A stretch of 64,000 nucleotides of DNA, taken from positions 124,001-188,000 of the forward strand of contig JAQGDQ010000110.1 of NCBI GenBank assembly GCA_030141605.1, read 5' to 3'. Of this stretch, positions 13,301-27,200 are shown piece by piece. A program made the position numbers and the translations under genes. The notes beneath the pieces are model-generated. The model had not been told where the DNA came from and ran no database searches. It saw only the letters and a program-made list of their open reading frames with translations. This DNA comes from Tubiluchus corallicola (Eukaryota; Animalia; Priapulida). Each line of letters starts with the position of its first letter. The stretch's first letter is position 1.

Positions 13301-16300
13301 GGGGAGCTGTGTCACGTCGAGGTTGCATGATGAGTACAGCAGCACAGCAGCAGCTAATGACATAGATAATGATGATAATAGCGATGGTGACGATGATGAC
13401 GGAGATAATGATGATGATACTCTGAGAAGAGATGTTAGGACCATCGCAAGGACAGGAGCTAGGGTACGTGGAGGCGTGAGTGCTAGAAGAGGTGTTAGAA
13501 CACGTGGTGGAGCAAGGAGAAATGCATTTGCAGCCAACCTTGCACTTGGACTTCCTAATTGGATGGATGGCCAAAACTTTTTTCCTGTCATCCATCTATT
13601 TACAGGCCAACATGGTATTGCTGTTCCTGTGAACAATTTTCAAGAGCTAGATTTTTTTAAGATGTTTTTAGATGAAGCTATCCTGAACCTTGTGGTAGAA
13701 GAAACCAATCGTTATGCAGAGCAATGGATTAACAGCCACCTGCAAATTATGGCAAAACCAAGAGCAAGGGCCAGTGAGTGGTCGCTGGTGGAAATTCAGA
13801 AGTTTCTTGGATTATGTTTGCTAATGGGTCTAATAAAGAAACCGACAATCCAGAGCTATTGGCCAAAGGACAGTTTGTTCTGTACTCTCATTTTTCCTGC
13901 TACAATGAGCAGGAATAGGTTCAAACTGATTTAAAAATTTTTTCATTTTGCAAACAATGACATTGATAGGCTCAGAAATGACCCATAGCGCAACAGATTA
14001 TACAAAATCAGGCCATTGATCACACATCTGAATGACAAATTCTCTTCTGTCTACACACCATCTGAAGATATTGCGCTTGATGAGTCGCTGATACTATGGA
14101 AAGGCCGATTGATGTTCAAGCAATATTTACCTGCCAAGAGGTCAAGATTTGGAATAAAGATATATTCTTTGAATGAATCTTCAGGTTATACTTATCATTT
14201 TCGAGCATATACAGGTGCTACAGATCCTGCACATGACATTGATTCATACTTGCCTGCAGATGCTAACCATCTCAGCAATATTGATAAACTGACAGTGTTT
14301 ATGTTGAAAGACCTAATTGGCAAAGGGTATAAGCTGTATGTAGGTAACTGGTAGACCAGTATAGAGCTTTTTAAGTATTTACATTCAAAAGATACAAATG
14401 GTACCTATACAATGAGAAATAACAGAGTCCCACATACTACAAAAATGCTGATATCAAAAAGGTGATTGCAAACCTTTTATGTCAAGTAATGTAATGGTTA
14501 CGAAATTTGTAGACAAAAGGGAAGTATATATTTGCACCACTGAGCATCCCGATGGCACTGAATGAAAAAGAGTCAAAGGCAGGATAGAAACATACATAAA
14601 TAAACCTGTGGCAGTGTGCGAATACAACAAGGAAATGGGTGGAGTTGACAAAATGGATCAACTCCTACAGCCATATAGTGTTCCCAGAAAGAGTATGAAA
14701 TGGTACAGGATGCTAGCAATATATTTATTGCAAGTAGCATGTCTGAACTGTTTTATTTTATACAAACAATTTCATCCAAACCCAAAAAAGTGCTACTTGC
14801 AATTTCAACAAGAAATTATAGGGAGTCTGCTTTTCAAAGCCAATGAGCGAGCATTGTGTGTCTAAGTGAGAAACATTTCATCTCAGTTCTACCACATACC
14901 CACAATAATCAGTACCCAACCAACGAGAAGAAGCGTGTCGAAGTAAAGTACTGCTGCTTACATGCCCTAGCCAGCCTGCCCTATGTTTTGCAGGATGCTT
15001 TGAAATATACCATACAAAACGAAATTACTGATGTGGTAAGGGTGACAATCATGATGGTAATGAGATGACAACGGCGGTGATACTGATGACGATGGTGGTG
15101 ACACTGATGATGATGATGACAATGACATCGACACTAATACTTTTAGAAAAAAATTACAGTTACAATATTTTTGTGAATTTGAATCATAATAAAAATTTAT
15201 TATGTAGCAACACAACAATATTTTGCGAATTAGACGGTTTGCTTTTATTTGCTTCTACTCTTCTTTCTTTTCTGCTTTCCCTTCCTATTTTTTCTCAGCT
15301 TTCTTCATCATTCTCTCAAGTTTGCTAATACATCGATGAGAGATTGTAGCAACAATGACACTGGTAGTAGCAAACACAGGTGGCAGTGGAATGGCGGCAG
15401 CTGTGGCATTTGTGGTGGTGGTGGGGGGTGTCACAACAGCTATGATGGCAGCAATGGCAATAGTAACAATAGATGTGGTGGTGATGTAGTAACAACCATA
15501 CTATAACGCTGCAGTGCCTATAGCAATATATATAGCAGTAGCAACTTTTCATTTTACTAAAATATTCTTATGCGCCAGCTGGAATACAAATTGCACGGCA
15601 GTGAAGTGGTTGACGATAATGCATTTATTCAGAGAACTTCTGCTTTTGTTTTATATTTCTTAAAACTTTCAGTTGGTAGGTGTTTTTTATCCAGTTTTAG
15701 TTTGCAGTTCTACTGATTTTCAACTTGTATGTTTACATCTTCAGGTTGGAACTGGCTTCAACTCTTGATCCTGGCATTGACTGTAACAGTGATATTTACT
15801 TTACTGATCCTGAGAAACTTGTGCAAATTGCCGAAAAAGAAACTGGAAATAACCTTAAGAACGTGGTGAAAAAATTTAACAAAATTGACGAGGTAAAATT
15901 TGTAGTTTTCAGTCATAATTTAAAATGTCTTTTTATCGGTTTCTGATTTGCTGTTGAGATGAATGATTTGTGGCTGTCCTTTAAATCACTCATCATTAAA
16001 TTTTGAGATTACCACACAGTTTACAAATTTAGAATATATCCCCTAAAAATGAAAGGAAATTATTCCTACCCAACACCAATTTTGAAAACTGTGGCATAAG
16101 CGGGCCACCTTCATGGCTTTTTGTGAGTGTGCATTACTAATTCAAAGAAATTTCTGCAGCTTTTTTAATTTTCACCCAAAACTGTCACAGTTCTATCTAT
16201 CTAATTTTTTTGTAAAAATACGATCATATGTGATATCTTAATGGTATATTGACAGTTTTGAGAATGCCATGCTTTTCTCTGTTGGCCATATGATGTCATC

Positions 16301-19300
16301 ACTTGTTCAAAAATGAGTATGCTTGAGTGTGAAACTGCCAATGACTTAAAGTTGATTGTACAAATACATGAGGTGTTTATAGACTTTTTATTGCACTTTA
16401 TCTGAATTTTTTTAGCATGTTTTCTTGACAATTCCAATACATGCAACTTTTTAGGAACCTTTTCCTTTGAGTTAATGCTTGTTCTTAGGCAATGCAAGGG
16501 TGGCTCAAATAGTTGACTAGTTGCAGTATGGTTTGTGATATGTAATTAAGCAGCACATACATGACTAGGACTTCTCTGTTGTTTAGTATGTCATCTTTAT
16601 TTTTTGAGAGGTGAATATTTCTTTTGTAGCCTATATAGACCTGTATTAAGAAATTTGTTTTTTTAATTTATGTTTGAGACCAGTCACAGCTATAACTATA
16701 TTGGTGACATTTGTGTTCTACTTTGTCAATCAGGTTTTGCTTTTTAGGTTATGAGTAAAACAGCAATAGTTCCTGGTTACGAACAAAAAGACTGCATTCC
16801 ATCATATTCAGAAAAGAAGAGGAATTTGCTCAAACAGCGAAGGGTATGCTGCCATTCTCAGTTAAATGAAGACTGAAAAATTTAATGGCCTAAAAATTAG
16901 AATTAACATTTTTGTTGCTGTATAACAGACTAGATAGTAGACACCATTTAATTCTAATTCTCTTTTTTCAAGTGCTGTCACCATATGAGGCTCGTGCCTT
17001 ACTTACTTGCTTGCAAATTGCAAAATTGTATTTTTAATCTGGCTGAATCTGATCTGGCTAGAGAAGCACAAAGGCTGATGTACAATTTAACAAAAGATAA
17101 AAGTTTTAGTTTAAAGGCTTTTTAGTTAACTGTTTACACTCATTTTATTACATTGAGTAACTTCCTTCGTAAGGTTACAGGTACTGATGTTATGTTTTCT
17201 GTCAAAAAATTTAATTTGATTTGCTCAGGAATTTTGGAAAATACATACGTGCTAGTCATTACTGCCTCATAGACAATTTCAGTAAAACTTTGTAAGCAAT
17301 CAGCTATTAGAATGCAGGATACAATTGAAAAAAAATTGTAAAGTTTAAAATTTTTAGTTCCACAGTCATGAAGAAATGACAACACACGTTATTTTAAACT
17401 CTTAAGCAAAAGATTGTTTCAGAGAAACAAAGTTCCCTTTAAAACTCCAGCAGCTCATATTGCATTGAATACTAGGAATTATGTTGATAAGTTTGGTGAG
17501 GTTTGGAGATAGAACAGTCACTGAGAAAGAATCAACTGTTTCAAATGTGAATGCAAAATGTATATGTAAGCACTGCAGTATATGTGCCAGTGATAGAAAC
17601 CACCATTTAAACTTTATTTTGTGGTTTGGAGAACATGCACTTGTGTGTTTTGCCCAAAAATGTCTGGTGAACTTTCACAAACATACTTTCAGTAGTGGAT
17701 TGTAGACTCCAGTAGAAAATTTAAGTAGAACATTTTTCCACGTTTTGTGTAATAAAGTCATGTTTCATAGTAGCTCCTTTATTAAAAAATTTAGGTTACA
17801 CCTGCTGCAACATTGTTAATTACTTAAGTAAATTATAATTGCAAGAAGTCATGAAGCATAAAAATTGAACAAAAATGGTCTTTTTTCATTTAGGCAGAAA
17901 GAGAAAAGACAAAAGGAAAGAAATGGTTTGATCTGCCAAAGACAGAACTGACGGAGGAAAAGGAGCGGGATTTAAGAATACTCAAGATGCGAAGAGCTCT
18001 CGATCCAAAGCATTTCTATAAAAACAATGATATGAAAGGTCTGCCAAAATATTTCCAGGTAATGCTTTATGCCGCACGAAGTTTGTCTGTCCGACATAGA
18101 AAAAAACTTCTTTGTTGTTTTAAAATCAAGCATTGCTTTAGAAGAAAGATTAATGAATTGCTTTTTTCCTACTTTGATATGTGTACTTTGTATTTTAAAC
18201 ATTGTACTTTATTCTTCCTATAAAATGCTTTAAATGTGAACTACTGTGAAATAACTTATTTCAGTGGGATTTTATTTTTGCTTACATATATGTCACACAT
18301 AATTTTTGAGCGATAATACAATCACCACCTGAAAAAACCGATAGTGGTTAATTGCCTGCAGTGGCTGCTCGTGTATAGGCACTGTGGAACTGTAGCATCC
18401 CCTATTTTCACTCAATACTATCGATAACATTCAATATGATAAGTATTTTTTATTTAATTTTTTCTTCATAGTTCCAGTTTCTTTATATTATTTTATCCTT
18501 AAGCTTAATGTCAGTAGCCATTCCCAAGTTCGTAAAAAATTACAAAAATCCATGTATGAGACTGTGCACTTCACAGTTCCAGCGTCGCGCTGTTTTATCT
18601 TTTGTGCGCATGCAGCCATGCACACATGTCCGAGATACAAACCTTTATGCTAGGTAGAGAGAGCACTGTCGCTCAAGCAGTGCCGACCCTGCTGTGCATG
18701 TGTAAGGTAGCATTTCTTTTTGACCAAATTTTATTTTTATATGTTTGTTTCGGTTTACACAATATTAAACCAATGGCTAAAAATTTTCTGAATAAGCACT
18801 AAAGCATCCCCACTAATTTTAACTACAACCTGGCACTGATTGACGAGACGTTTCTGGTTTTCACACCGCAGACTTTCATTGACTAATTGTGCTTTATATG
18901 AACAGGAAAACAGGGCGTTGCTGTGGTCTGTAAAGGATTGATTGTTTTTGAGGAATTAACACATGAATTACCTTAAAACTCTTATTACTTGTGAGCTCAG
19001 GTCAAGTAATGCTTGGTAAATGGTTGCCGATCATTTTTTGTTACAACTCCATTCAAGTTTTAAATTTGTCAGTCAATGTATTTGTGAACTAATTTCTTGT
19101 AGCAGTGTACGAAAATAAAGCACAGTCAGATGGTAGCAGAATACAAAGCTGTAAAAATCTAGTCCACCTAAAATAAATTATTTCGCAGTATGATGATTGT
19201 TACCGAAGCTATTATTTTAAATGAAATATTATTTGAATCGTAATGCTCTCCTAGTTTTAATTTAGTATATCCATTGTCTGGGTCACTTATTAAGCACAAA

Positions 19301-21722
19301 GAAGCACAGAACTGTTTCTTCTTCCCATTTAGCAAAAGTCGATGAATTTGTAATTTGATATATTTTACCAGGACCTCAATTGGACAGTCGGTTAGTCACA
19401 ATAATCGTGTCTTGCACTTTTGCAGATGGGGCATGTAGTGGATAATCCTATAGACTTTTACCGAGATCGAATTCCGAAAAAACAACGGAAACGAACATTA
19501 GTAGATGAGTTGCTAGCTGATGCGGAATTTAGGAAGTGAGTAAACCTTTGTGAACTTAAATTACGTATGCGTATAACATACATGTATGGGCTATTATGAG
19601 CAACTGATATACTTAAAGGAAGACAGGATGATTTTTCACATACATTTTAACACACTTAATACTGGAAAAGCGTTGCTGGTAATTAAATCTTAATTAACAG
19701 CGGGCAAGCCCAACTATTGATGACATCACAAACTAACATAATTGTCAGCAGCAAAAATATTCCACGAGCATGTTGCACGTGTTTGTGAAAGAGAAAATTG
19801 AAATACAGTGCTACTGTAAGATAGTCAGTGTGTTGTACTAAAACTAGGCATGTTTTAAGATAAAAATTCAAATTTCAGATTTACCGCTATTCTCACATGA
19901 GCTGTTAAACATGTGTAGTTAATTACAAGCTAACACATCTGAACTGAGAGGTGCAGCACCTGTTTTTGTGTAAAGCGTTTCTGAAAGGCAGGTGCTAGTG
20001 CCCATCTAACCAGCGAATGGCAAAATGCATGTAACAGCAAAAAACTAGTGGCGCAAATGTGAAATTGTGTTTTTGTGTGGTAATAATTCTTTTATGTAAG
20101 TCATTTTAAAAAAAATGGTGTGTTCCCTTTCAATAACCACGATTTAATAATAGACCATAAAAGAATTACACGTGTAAAAGAACTGAAATTTCTGGGTTTA
20201 ATACTGAATGAGCATCTAGACTGGTGACCACATATATTCATGATCAGATTAAAAATATCAAAAAATATAGGTATCATCTCATATATTAAAAACTTTCTGA
20301 ACACCGAACATCTTCTAACATTATACAACAGTTTAATATTATCATATTTAAATTACTGCACAACATTATGGGGCTTTACTTATACTACAAATTTAGAATG
20401 CTTAAGAGTTTTACAACGAAAATTTTTACGTGTCATCTTCAAACTAGACAAAAGGAGCACAATTACTACTACACATTTTAAGCAATGTCAAATATTACTT
20501 CTGGATGATGTTATTAATTTTAATGGATGTATATACATGTATAGAACCAACAACAACTTATTTCCAAGTTTTTTTGAAAATCCAGTCAAGATAAATGTAA
20601 AAAAATACAATACCAGACATAATGAATATATACCAAGACGTTGTAGAACAAATATGGCGAAACACTTCATCAGCTATATGGGGCCAGTCCTATGGAACAG
20701 ACTAAGCCGCAATTCGAAATGTAGTCACTCCCTTTTAACTTTTAAAAAAACCGTCAGAAAAGAAATATTTCAAAAGTATTGAAGAGTAACACAATTTGAT
20801 AATGGTAATAACCTGCATTTTTTGCTACAGTAATCTTAATGTAACGTGACTATGTTTAACAGGATACTGAACACTTTGTAACCATGATCACAGTTTTTCT
20901 TAGTTTCTCGCTCCATTTCATCTTTCATTCACTACTCCCCCCCCATTTTTTTAAGATTTCCACATACAGTTTGGCCTGTCAAGCTATGCTTTTAGGCTCA
21001 AACTGTATGCATCAAAAAATTATTCTGTAATGAAATTTGCACATGTATATCCCGCATTATGAAATTTCTTAATAATATTGCATTTATTCATATTTATATT
21101 TATATTTACTCAAATGGAAAATTATCTGTATTTTAATGCTAATTGTAATGATGCAATGTGGAAAATGAATAAAACTCTTGAAACTCTTGAATACTTTAAA
21201 GAATAGATTGTTTTGACCTACAGTTTAAGACTGGGTCTGGTTTTGCTTAATAACGTCACACATCAGCAACTGGTGTGGGAAAATTGGGAATTTATGATGG
21301 GCATTAGGTAACAAAATACTGTTGAGTTCCATAATTTGTAGTTGTTGGGATTTTAGCCAGTAATATTAATTTATGTATTTCTGAAATGCCAAAACTCAGC
21401 CTACTCGTCTTTTGTCTCCATTTTATTAATTGTAAAATGTTTTGATATTTAATCCACTGAGAGATAATCAATTTCAAAGCTGATGCACATCAGATGTCAG
21501 TGATTTATTAACAACCAGACCAGGTGGATTTTAGCCATCTTACGTGCTTGTATCCACACAAGTTATCAGCTTGAGCATAGTTACTATTAACATATTTTGT
21601 TTACGTACATCGAAATTAGGTACAATAAGCGGAAGTATGCTGAAGCTATGATGTCACGTAATGCATCGGGGAAAGGAGCAAGGAGACACATGAAGAGAAT
21701 GGCAACTAAGAAAAGACGGTAG
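10355..21722 (+). CDS. DNTTIP2: Deoxynucleotidyltransferase terminal-interacting protein 2 / Fcf2 pre-rRNA processing protein; exons 10355-10827, 15745-15892, 16748-16843, 17894-18058, 19426-19535, 21620-21722
   Basis: Fcf2 domain KWFDLPKTELTEEKERDLRILKMRRALDPKHFYK..LPKYFQ-MGHVVDNPIDFYRDRIPKKQRKRTLVDELLADAEFRK-YNKRKY; all introns GT-AG with consistent phases. The start codon and first exon are the least certain parts. Confidence 0.88.
12347..12407. mobile_element. Terminal fragment of a Tc1/mariner-pogo-type MITE (same family as 29586-30188)
   Basis: Reverse complement reads CAGTGAGTCCTCGCTTAGCAACGCTAATAGATTCCAACAAAACG, similar to the end at 29586; abuts TA. Confidence 0.55.
12443..15609 (+). 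mobile_element. Decayed piggyBac DNA transposon in DNTTIP2 intron 1
   Basis: TTAA 12439-12442 followed by CCATTCACTGC; right end GCAGTGAAGTGG followed by TTGA (imperfect TIR and target site); internal piggyBac transposase remnants. Confidence 0.8.
12771..15030 (+). pseudogene. piggyBac (PGBD4-like) transposase pseudogene
   Basis: Motifs VEETNRYAEQ, MSRNRF, IALDESL, KQYLPAKRSRFGIK, YNKEMGGVDKMDQ, RKSMKWY; in-frame stops near 13932, 13986 and 14352 plus frameshifts. Confidence 0.85.
18359..18838. mobile_element. Possible hAT-type MITE in a DNTTIP2 intron
   Basis: CAGTG...CACTG termini, internal AGCATCCCC at both ends, only partly matching 8-bp flanks (ATTGCCTG / ATTGACGA). Confidence 0.3.
20101..21190 (+). 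mobile_element. 5'-truncated non-LTR retrotransposon (CR1/L2/Crack-like) in DNTTIP2 intron 5
   Basis: RT C-terminal sequence KELKFLGLILNEHLDW..KISKNIGII..LYNSLILSYLNYC..WG..LQRKFLR (ORF 20240-20782); 3' UTR stem-loop 20963-21009; AATAAA followed by an (AAACTCTTG)2 tail. Confidence 0.8.
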
Positions 21723-24216
21723 CAAAGCTGGAAGGGCACGCGTGCCACATATGCAAACTGAGACTTTATGTACAATAAAACAGAACACATCCCTTAGTGC
21801 ATCAGAGTACGTTCCCTTCGAATTGCAAGAATTTATGCTAATATAAATATTTTGTGCTACTTAATTATTGGTTGATCGATTTATCAGCTTTTATTTCTGA
21901 TGATCGATTATTTTTTTAGCTGACGACCCAAATTGACAGCATCAAAATGCCACATGCACTTCAAAAAAATTTGGAAAACTTGCAGGATAAATATAGCCGT
22001 CATTGTGGCGAAATCAAGCAATATGGCAGTACCATTGCGCTGTAACTTATCACCCTAGTACCACTGCTTAGATGTGAAGGTGTATAAGCACGAGCATGTG
22101 GTTTTTGTAAACAAAAATAAATTAGGTTTGTTGGAATGTTTTGTAAACTAAAACTATTAAAATAAACACATTTTTTATTCTTTACTTTATACTTTTTAGT
22201 TATTCTATCAACATTGCAATTAAGACAGCAATGGTTAAGAGAACAAACCCGTTACACTCAGTGTTATTTGTTAAACGTTTAGCAATTACTAATTTTTTAT
22301 GCCTGAAAACTGATTATTATTGATAATATTGGTAAAACCAATAATTATAATAATAATTATTTAGTGCGCTTAGGCAGAATTTTTTTTCATTGTAGAAACG
22401 TTATTTGAAATCAAGGACAAAATAACAGGAATATAACAAGGTACAGAAATAACAATGTTCATTTTATTCCCTGAATAATATTATAAGCAGTCACTGTAAA
22501 AACTTCCAGTATGAAAATGAAATATTTAATCCACAAATTGAGAGACATTGCTCTAATCCAGTGGACATAGCCAAACACGTTGAGCAGCTGGATAAGTAAC
22601 CAGCAAATCTACCAAGAAGCATGTTTTTATAAGTTATCTTATTTAAAGACATTATTATGAATTGAGATTTTTGTCACTGCAATTTAAATGAATGCAAAAT
22701 TGAACAATTTTTACAACAGAATTTACATTTATTCAAAGTAAATAAAAAAATTTGTATACTGTATAATCCACAATTAATCTGTATATCACGCTAATAGCTA
22801 AAGCTTTTTTTTACATAAACATAATCCTAATACAAAAGAGGAATCACAGTTAAAATAACAATCGTTATTAAGCTTTGGATTTTGCTTTTACTAATTTACA
22901 ATTGCTGGTCCTAAATAAGCTGAGCCGTTGTAGCAAAAAATTATAAATAATATTCCCATCTCTAACATAGATATTTTTCCCAAACACTCACTTTTCAAAT
23001 ACACACAGTTTAAGTAGCTAAACAAGCAATAAAAATGAAGCAAATTACTGATTTTATGTAGAACTGACTCGTACATAACGGATTTTACTGGAAAAACAAA
23101 TTTGCACATTTATCAATTTTATATAAACAACATGGTCATGTAGTACATCTTTAGGCCTACTTACCAAAAAACATTGCATAAGTACCTTTCAATGACATTA
23201 AAACACTACTTCACATAAAACAATTGAAAATAAAGGATTGTTATTGGCAGACCTAAAAAAAACTTTGTCTTGGGTTAAAAGAAATCTTACATTATCTTTT
23301 GTAAAATTTTACCACAGCAAAATGTGTGAATCTATGTCCGCACAACTAAAAAATGTGCACTAGAAGCTTTTGCAAGATCAATTAATCATTGGTATACTTG
23401 TAAAAAGTATAAACCCTCTATACTGAACAAGGTGCAAACCCACTTTATATATCCAGATTTATCTAGAAATTTCTTTAACGATGTTAGTGGTTAACTAAAT
23501 TGTATTTTTCTTGCATTTTTTGATACGTCATCGCTTTGCATTTGAACACAAACAGGGTGGTGTTTGAGCCAAACAAAAATGGTGAACAGTCTTATTGTTA
23601 TTTAACAAAATACAAGAACTTAGACAGTTGCACAAAACAAATCCACCCAAAACAAAACAATAATCGTTGGCATGGAAAATGAATGTTTTTACCCTAGTCA
23701 CCTGTGAAATGGAGGACACTGTTTTAAAAAATACTACAAACTGCAAACATTTTCCAGGTTGGAAACATTTTAGAATTATTTATGTAAGGCAAATGCAGTA
23801 ATGACACAAGTTTTGTCATTAGACGTTTATTAAAATTTCAGTGCGAGGCCAAGTATACAGACAAATACTCATTGATTCGCACTTTATAAAAGTTTAAATC
23901 GTAATGCAAGCATAATTAAAATGATACCAATCACGTTTGTAGTTTCTTAACAAACTTTAACAAACCAACTAGCCGTTGAAAGCCTTTCAAAGCCAAATTC
24001 GAGACACTTGTGCTCAAAATATTTCTATGCAATGAACAACTTGAACATCAACTTGCAAAAACTTGGCATCTGAAAGAATTCCCATCTGATAATAAGCTGT
24101 ACAAGAAACTTTAATAGGTGGATTTTCTTCTAGGTAACAACTAGAACAGCAATTATTGCTACAATAGCATTACACATTTGGCACCTTTGTAGACATTGAT
24201 GGTGATGACGATGACG

Positions 24217-27200
24217 TTACATGGCCATGCCTCCCGTAACCTCCATTGTTGACCCCGTCATGTAATTGGATTTGTCAGAAGCCAGAAATGTAATGGCTTC
24301 AGCGACTTCTGCATGAAAAAAGGAGAAACATCTTAAAAACTGGAAAAATTGGAGGCATTAACGAAAGCTAAGACTTACCAAAATCTCTTTAGGAAAAAAT
24401 ACAAATTTTATTAGATAAGGGAAGCTCCATTGGAATTAACTTGTACATACTAATGTGCTGGATATGTTTATTGCTTTGTATTGACCTCTTAGACTGTTAA
24501 TGCTCTTGACCAGACCAGTATTTCATTTTATTTGGTAGATTAAATTTAGTTTGACGTTTGCATTCAAAAAGTGAACTTCAGCTGGAAAGTTTTTACTCTA
24601 AAATAAGTAGAAACTACGTAGTACAGAAACCCAAAAATATCTAACACAGCACATTTACATTCAAAACATTTTCATATGATCAGTACTCACCGTGAGGTTC
24701 ACCAAATCTTCGTGACGGTATCAACTGTATGAAACGCTCTTTGATTTTTTCCGGAATTGTTGCCGTCATTGGTGATATGATAAAACCGGGAATAATCACA
24801 TTACATCTAATTTTGTGCTTTGCTAGTTCCTGTGCAGCACTCTTCGTCATGGCAACAACGCCTGCTTTCGACGCTGCGTAATTTGTTTGACCTATGTTTC
24901 CCATTTTCCCGACGACACTAGAGATGTTGATGATGGAGCCATTTGTGACATCCTGATCGATCATTAACCGAGCTACTGATTGGGTTACTAACCAAGTTCC
25001 CTGCAATAGAGCAAGTGAAAGATCCTTTTTGAGACAGATTAATAAATTACTATCAAAGACAGTCTTCAAAATTTACATGGCAAGTTTAGTAAAAATTCAT
25101 AAACTGTGTGGCTAGGCTCAGTTTGCTTCCAATGCAAGAAAAGTGTTTATAATAGATTTTGTACAGTTAGACATTTTACGAGCAGGTAGCTTAAGACCTG
25201 TTTAAAGAAGTTTTGGCAGGCACACGACCTAGTCCCATCGCCAAGGATAAAGCATAATCCTCTGAGATAAAACACTGCAGAAGATGCCTTAGCCACATTT
25301 GAATGTGCTGCAAACTGTGCATCTTCAACAAAATATTAACAGTCTCAACAGGCCGAGTGAAAATGCCATATAGTAATATTCTGAGGAGTTACCCGTCAAT
25401 ACACAACCCCTGTATTAGGGTGTTCTTTAATTAACAAAACAAAACACATGCCTTGACCACTTGATTATTCTCCAGAACATTAGTTGATCTTGAAACAGTT
25501 AGACTTTTAACTATTTTTTCAAAGTACAGGGTTAAATATACACTTACAAGGCATGAATACAAAAAGTTCGTGGTTAATTGAGTAGACATAGGATATGGTT
25601 ATTATTGCAGTTTGCAGAGTTTATATTATTCACGTGGCTATTTAAAGCTGAGATGTGCAAATTTGTTTACTACCTGCAAAACATGTCTGCCATATGTTCT
25701 GTTCTCACTCTTACTTCAACGAGTTTAGAGAGGTAGGTGTTAGAAAGCAAGTTCTTTAAATGAAAAATGAATATCAAATAATAACTAAGTCCTAATTAGC
25801 CTATTGGTTAATATGCCCCTGGCTATATACTTTTCACTGGATTTACTATCCGGAAGTTCTCGCCTCGCTTCTAACTTTCTCAGTTAAATTTGGTAACGCA
25901 GTTGATCATAGAAGGATTAGGTCACAACCAATAGGAAATCATACAAGAAAATGGACTAAATTTGATGATTAGGTTGGAGCTTCTTGAATGTGCACAAAGC
26001 ATATTCCACGTTACACTGTAGAATATTGCTACAGAAACAATTCAAAGACTAAGTTCCTGATCAGTTTATCTACATTAGCAGCAGTACTGGACTAGCTGAC
26101 CATTGTGAAAATTGTTTCTGTATGGTTTCATTTGCCATCATCTACCCCACATTGCAGAGAATGTATGTACATTCAAAGCACCTTTCTCAGCAAGAATTAT
26201 ACTAAGCTAAGTTATACTAAACTAAGGAATAATCAGCTAAGTTCTGGTCATGTCACAGTTATCCATATTGTCCTGCCATTGAGTACTGACTCCGTGCCTG
26301 CATTGTCATGAATGTCAAGAATCACTGTAAGAACAAATGCAAAACACTCGAAACTAGAATGGCACTTAGTAAGACCTCCGTCAATGCTTGTGGAGTACAG
26401 TATTATAATTATTTACTGAAAAAAAATTTCACAGAGGTCTAGGTTACGACGTCACCGGTTGTTTTGATATTGTGTGATTTAAGATGCACACCACTGCTCT
26501 TTGCAATTTTAGCAGTAGTGATTAGTGACATCATGCAGAATTTTCCTATGATTCTTAATTGGTCACTGCGAAAATTGAAAGCAATCTCTTTTGTAAAATT
26601 ATGCATTCCTCTACAAAGTTTTGTGGAACTTGTTGAAGTTGTTTTTGTATTATATAATTTTGTTAACTGACTTACTGACTGACTGACTTACTAACTAACT
26701 AACTAAAATGGTGATGAAAATGTTACATCCTTGAGGGAATTAAACACATAATTTTACGAGTGCTATTACATAATTAAGCCCATTTTTACCTTCAGATTCA
26801 CATCAATAACTCTGTCAAAATCGTTCTCTTCCATTTGTAATAACATCCTATCAATGGTAATACCAGCAGCATTCACAGCAATGTTTGGTGCTCTAGAAAA
26901 CCTTTCCATAATCCGATCCATTGTTCTCCAAACATCTTCCTTGCGTGACACGTCGGTTTGAAATGAAGCGAATGTGCGATTGGCTGGTTCTGAAATGAAT
27001 AAAATAACTAGAGTAAAAACTAAGTTGTTACATACAAGCCCAGTTTGCAGGCTTCTGCAAACTTGATGAGGTCATCATTGTCCACAAGTTGTAAACTTAC
27101 CAAAGTCGAGATAATTTCAAAGTCTAGAGCTCCTGAAAACTTAAAGTGTATAGAAAATCCTTTCTTGAATGTTACTGGTTGGAATTTTTCTCATCCAAAT

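Noticed and set aside
15065-15552. Overlapping low-complexity ORFs rich in Asp, Gly, His, Cys
   Set aside because: Trinucleotide-like simple sequence inside the piggyBac 3' end.
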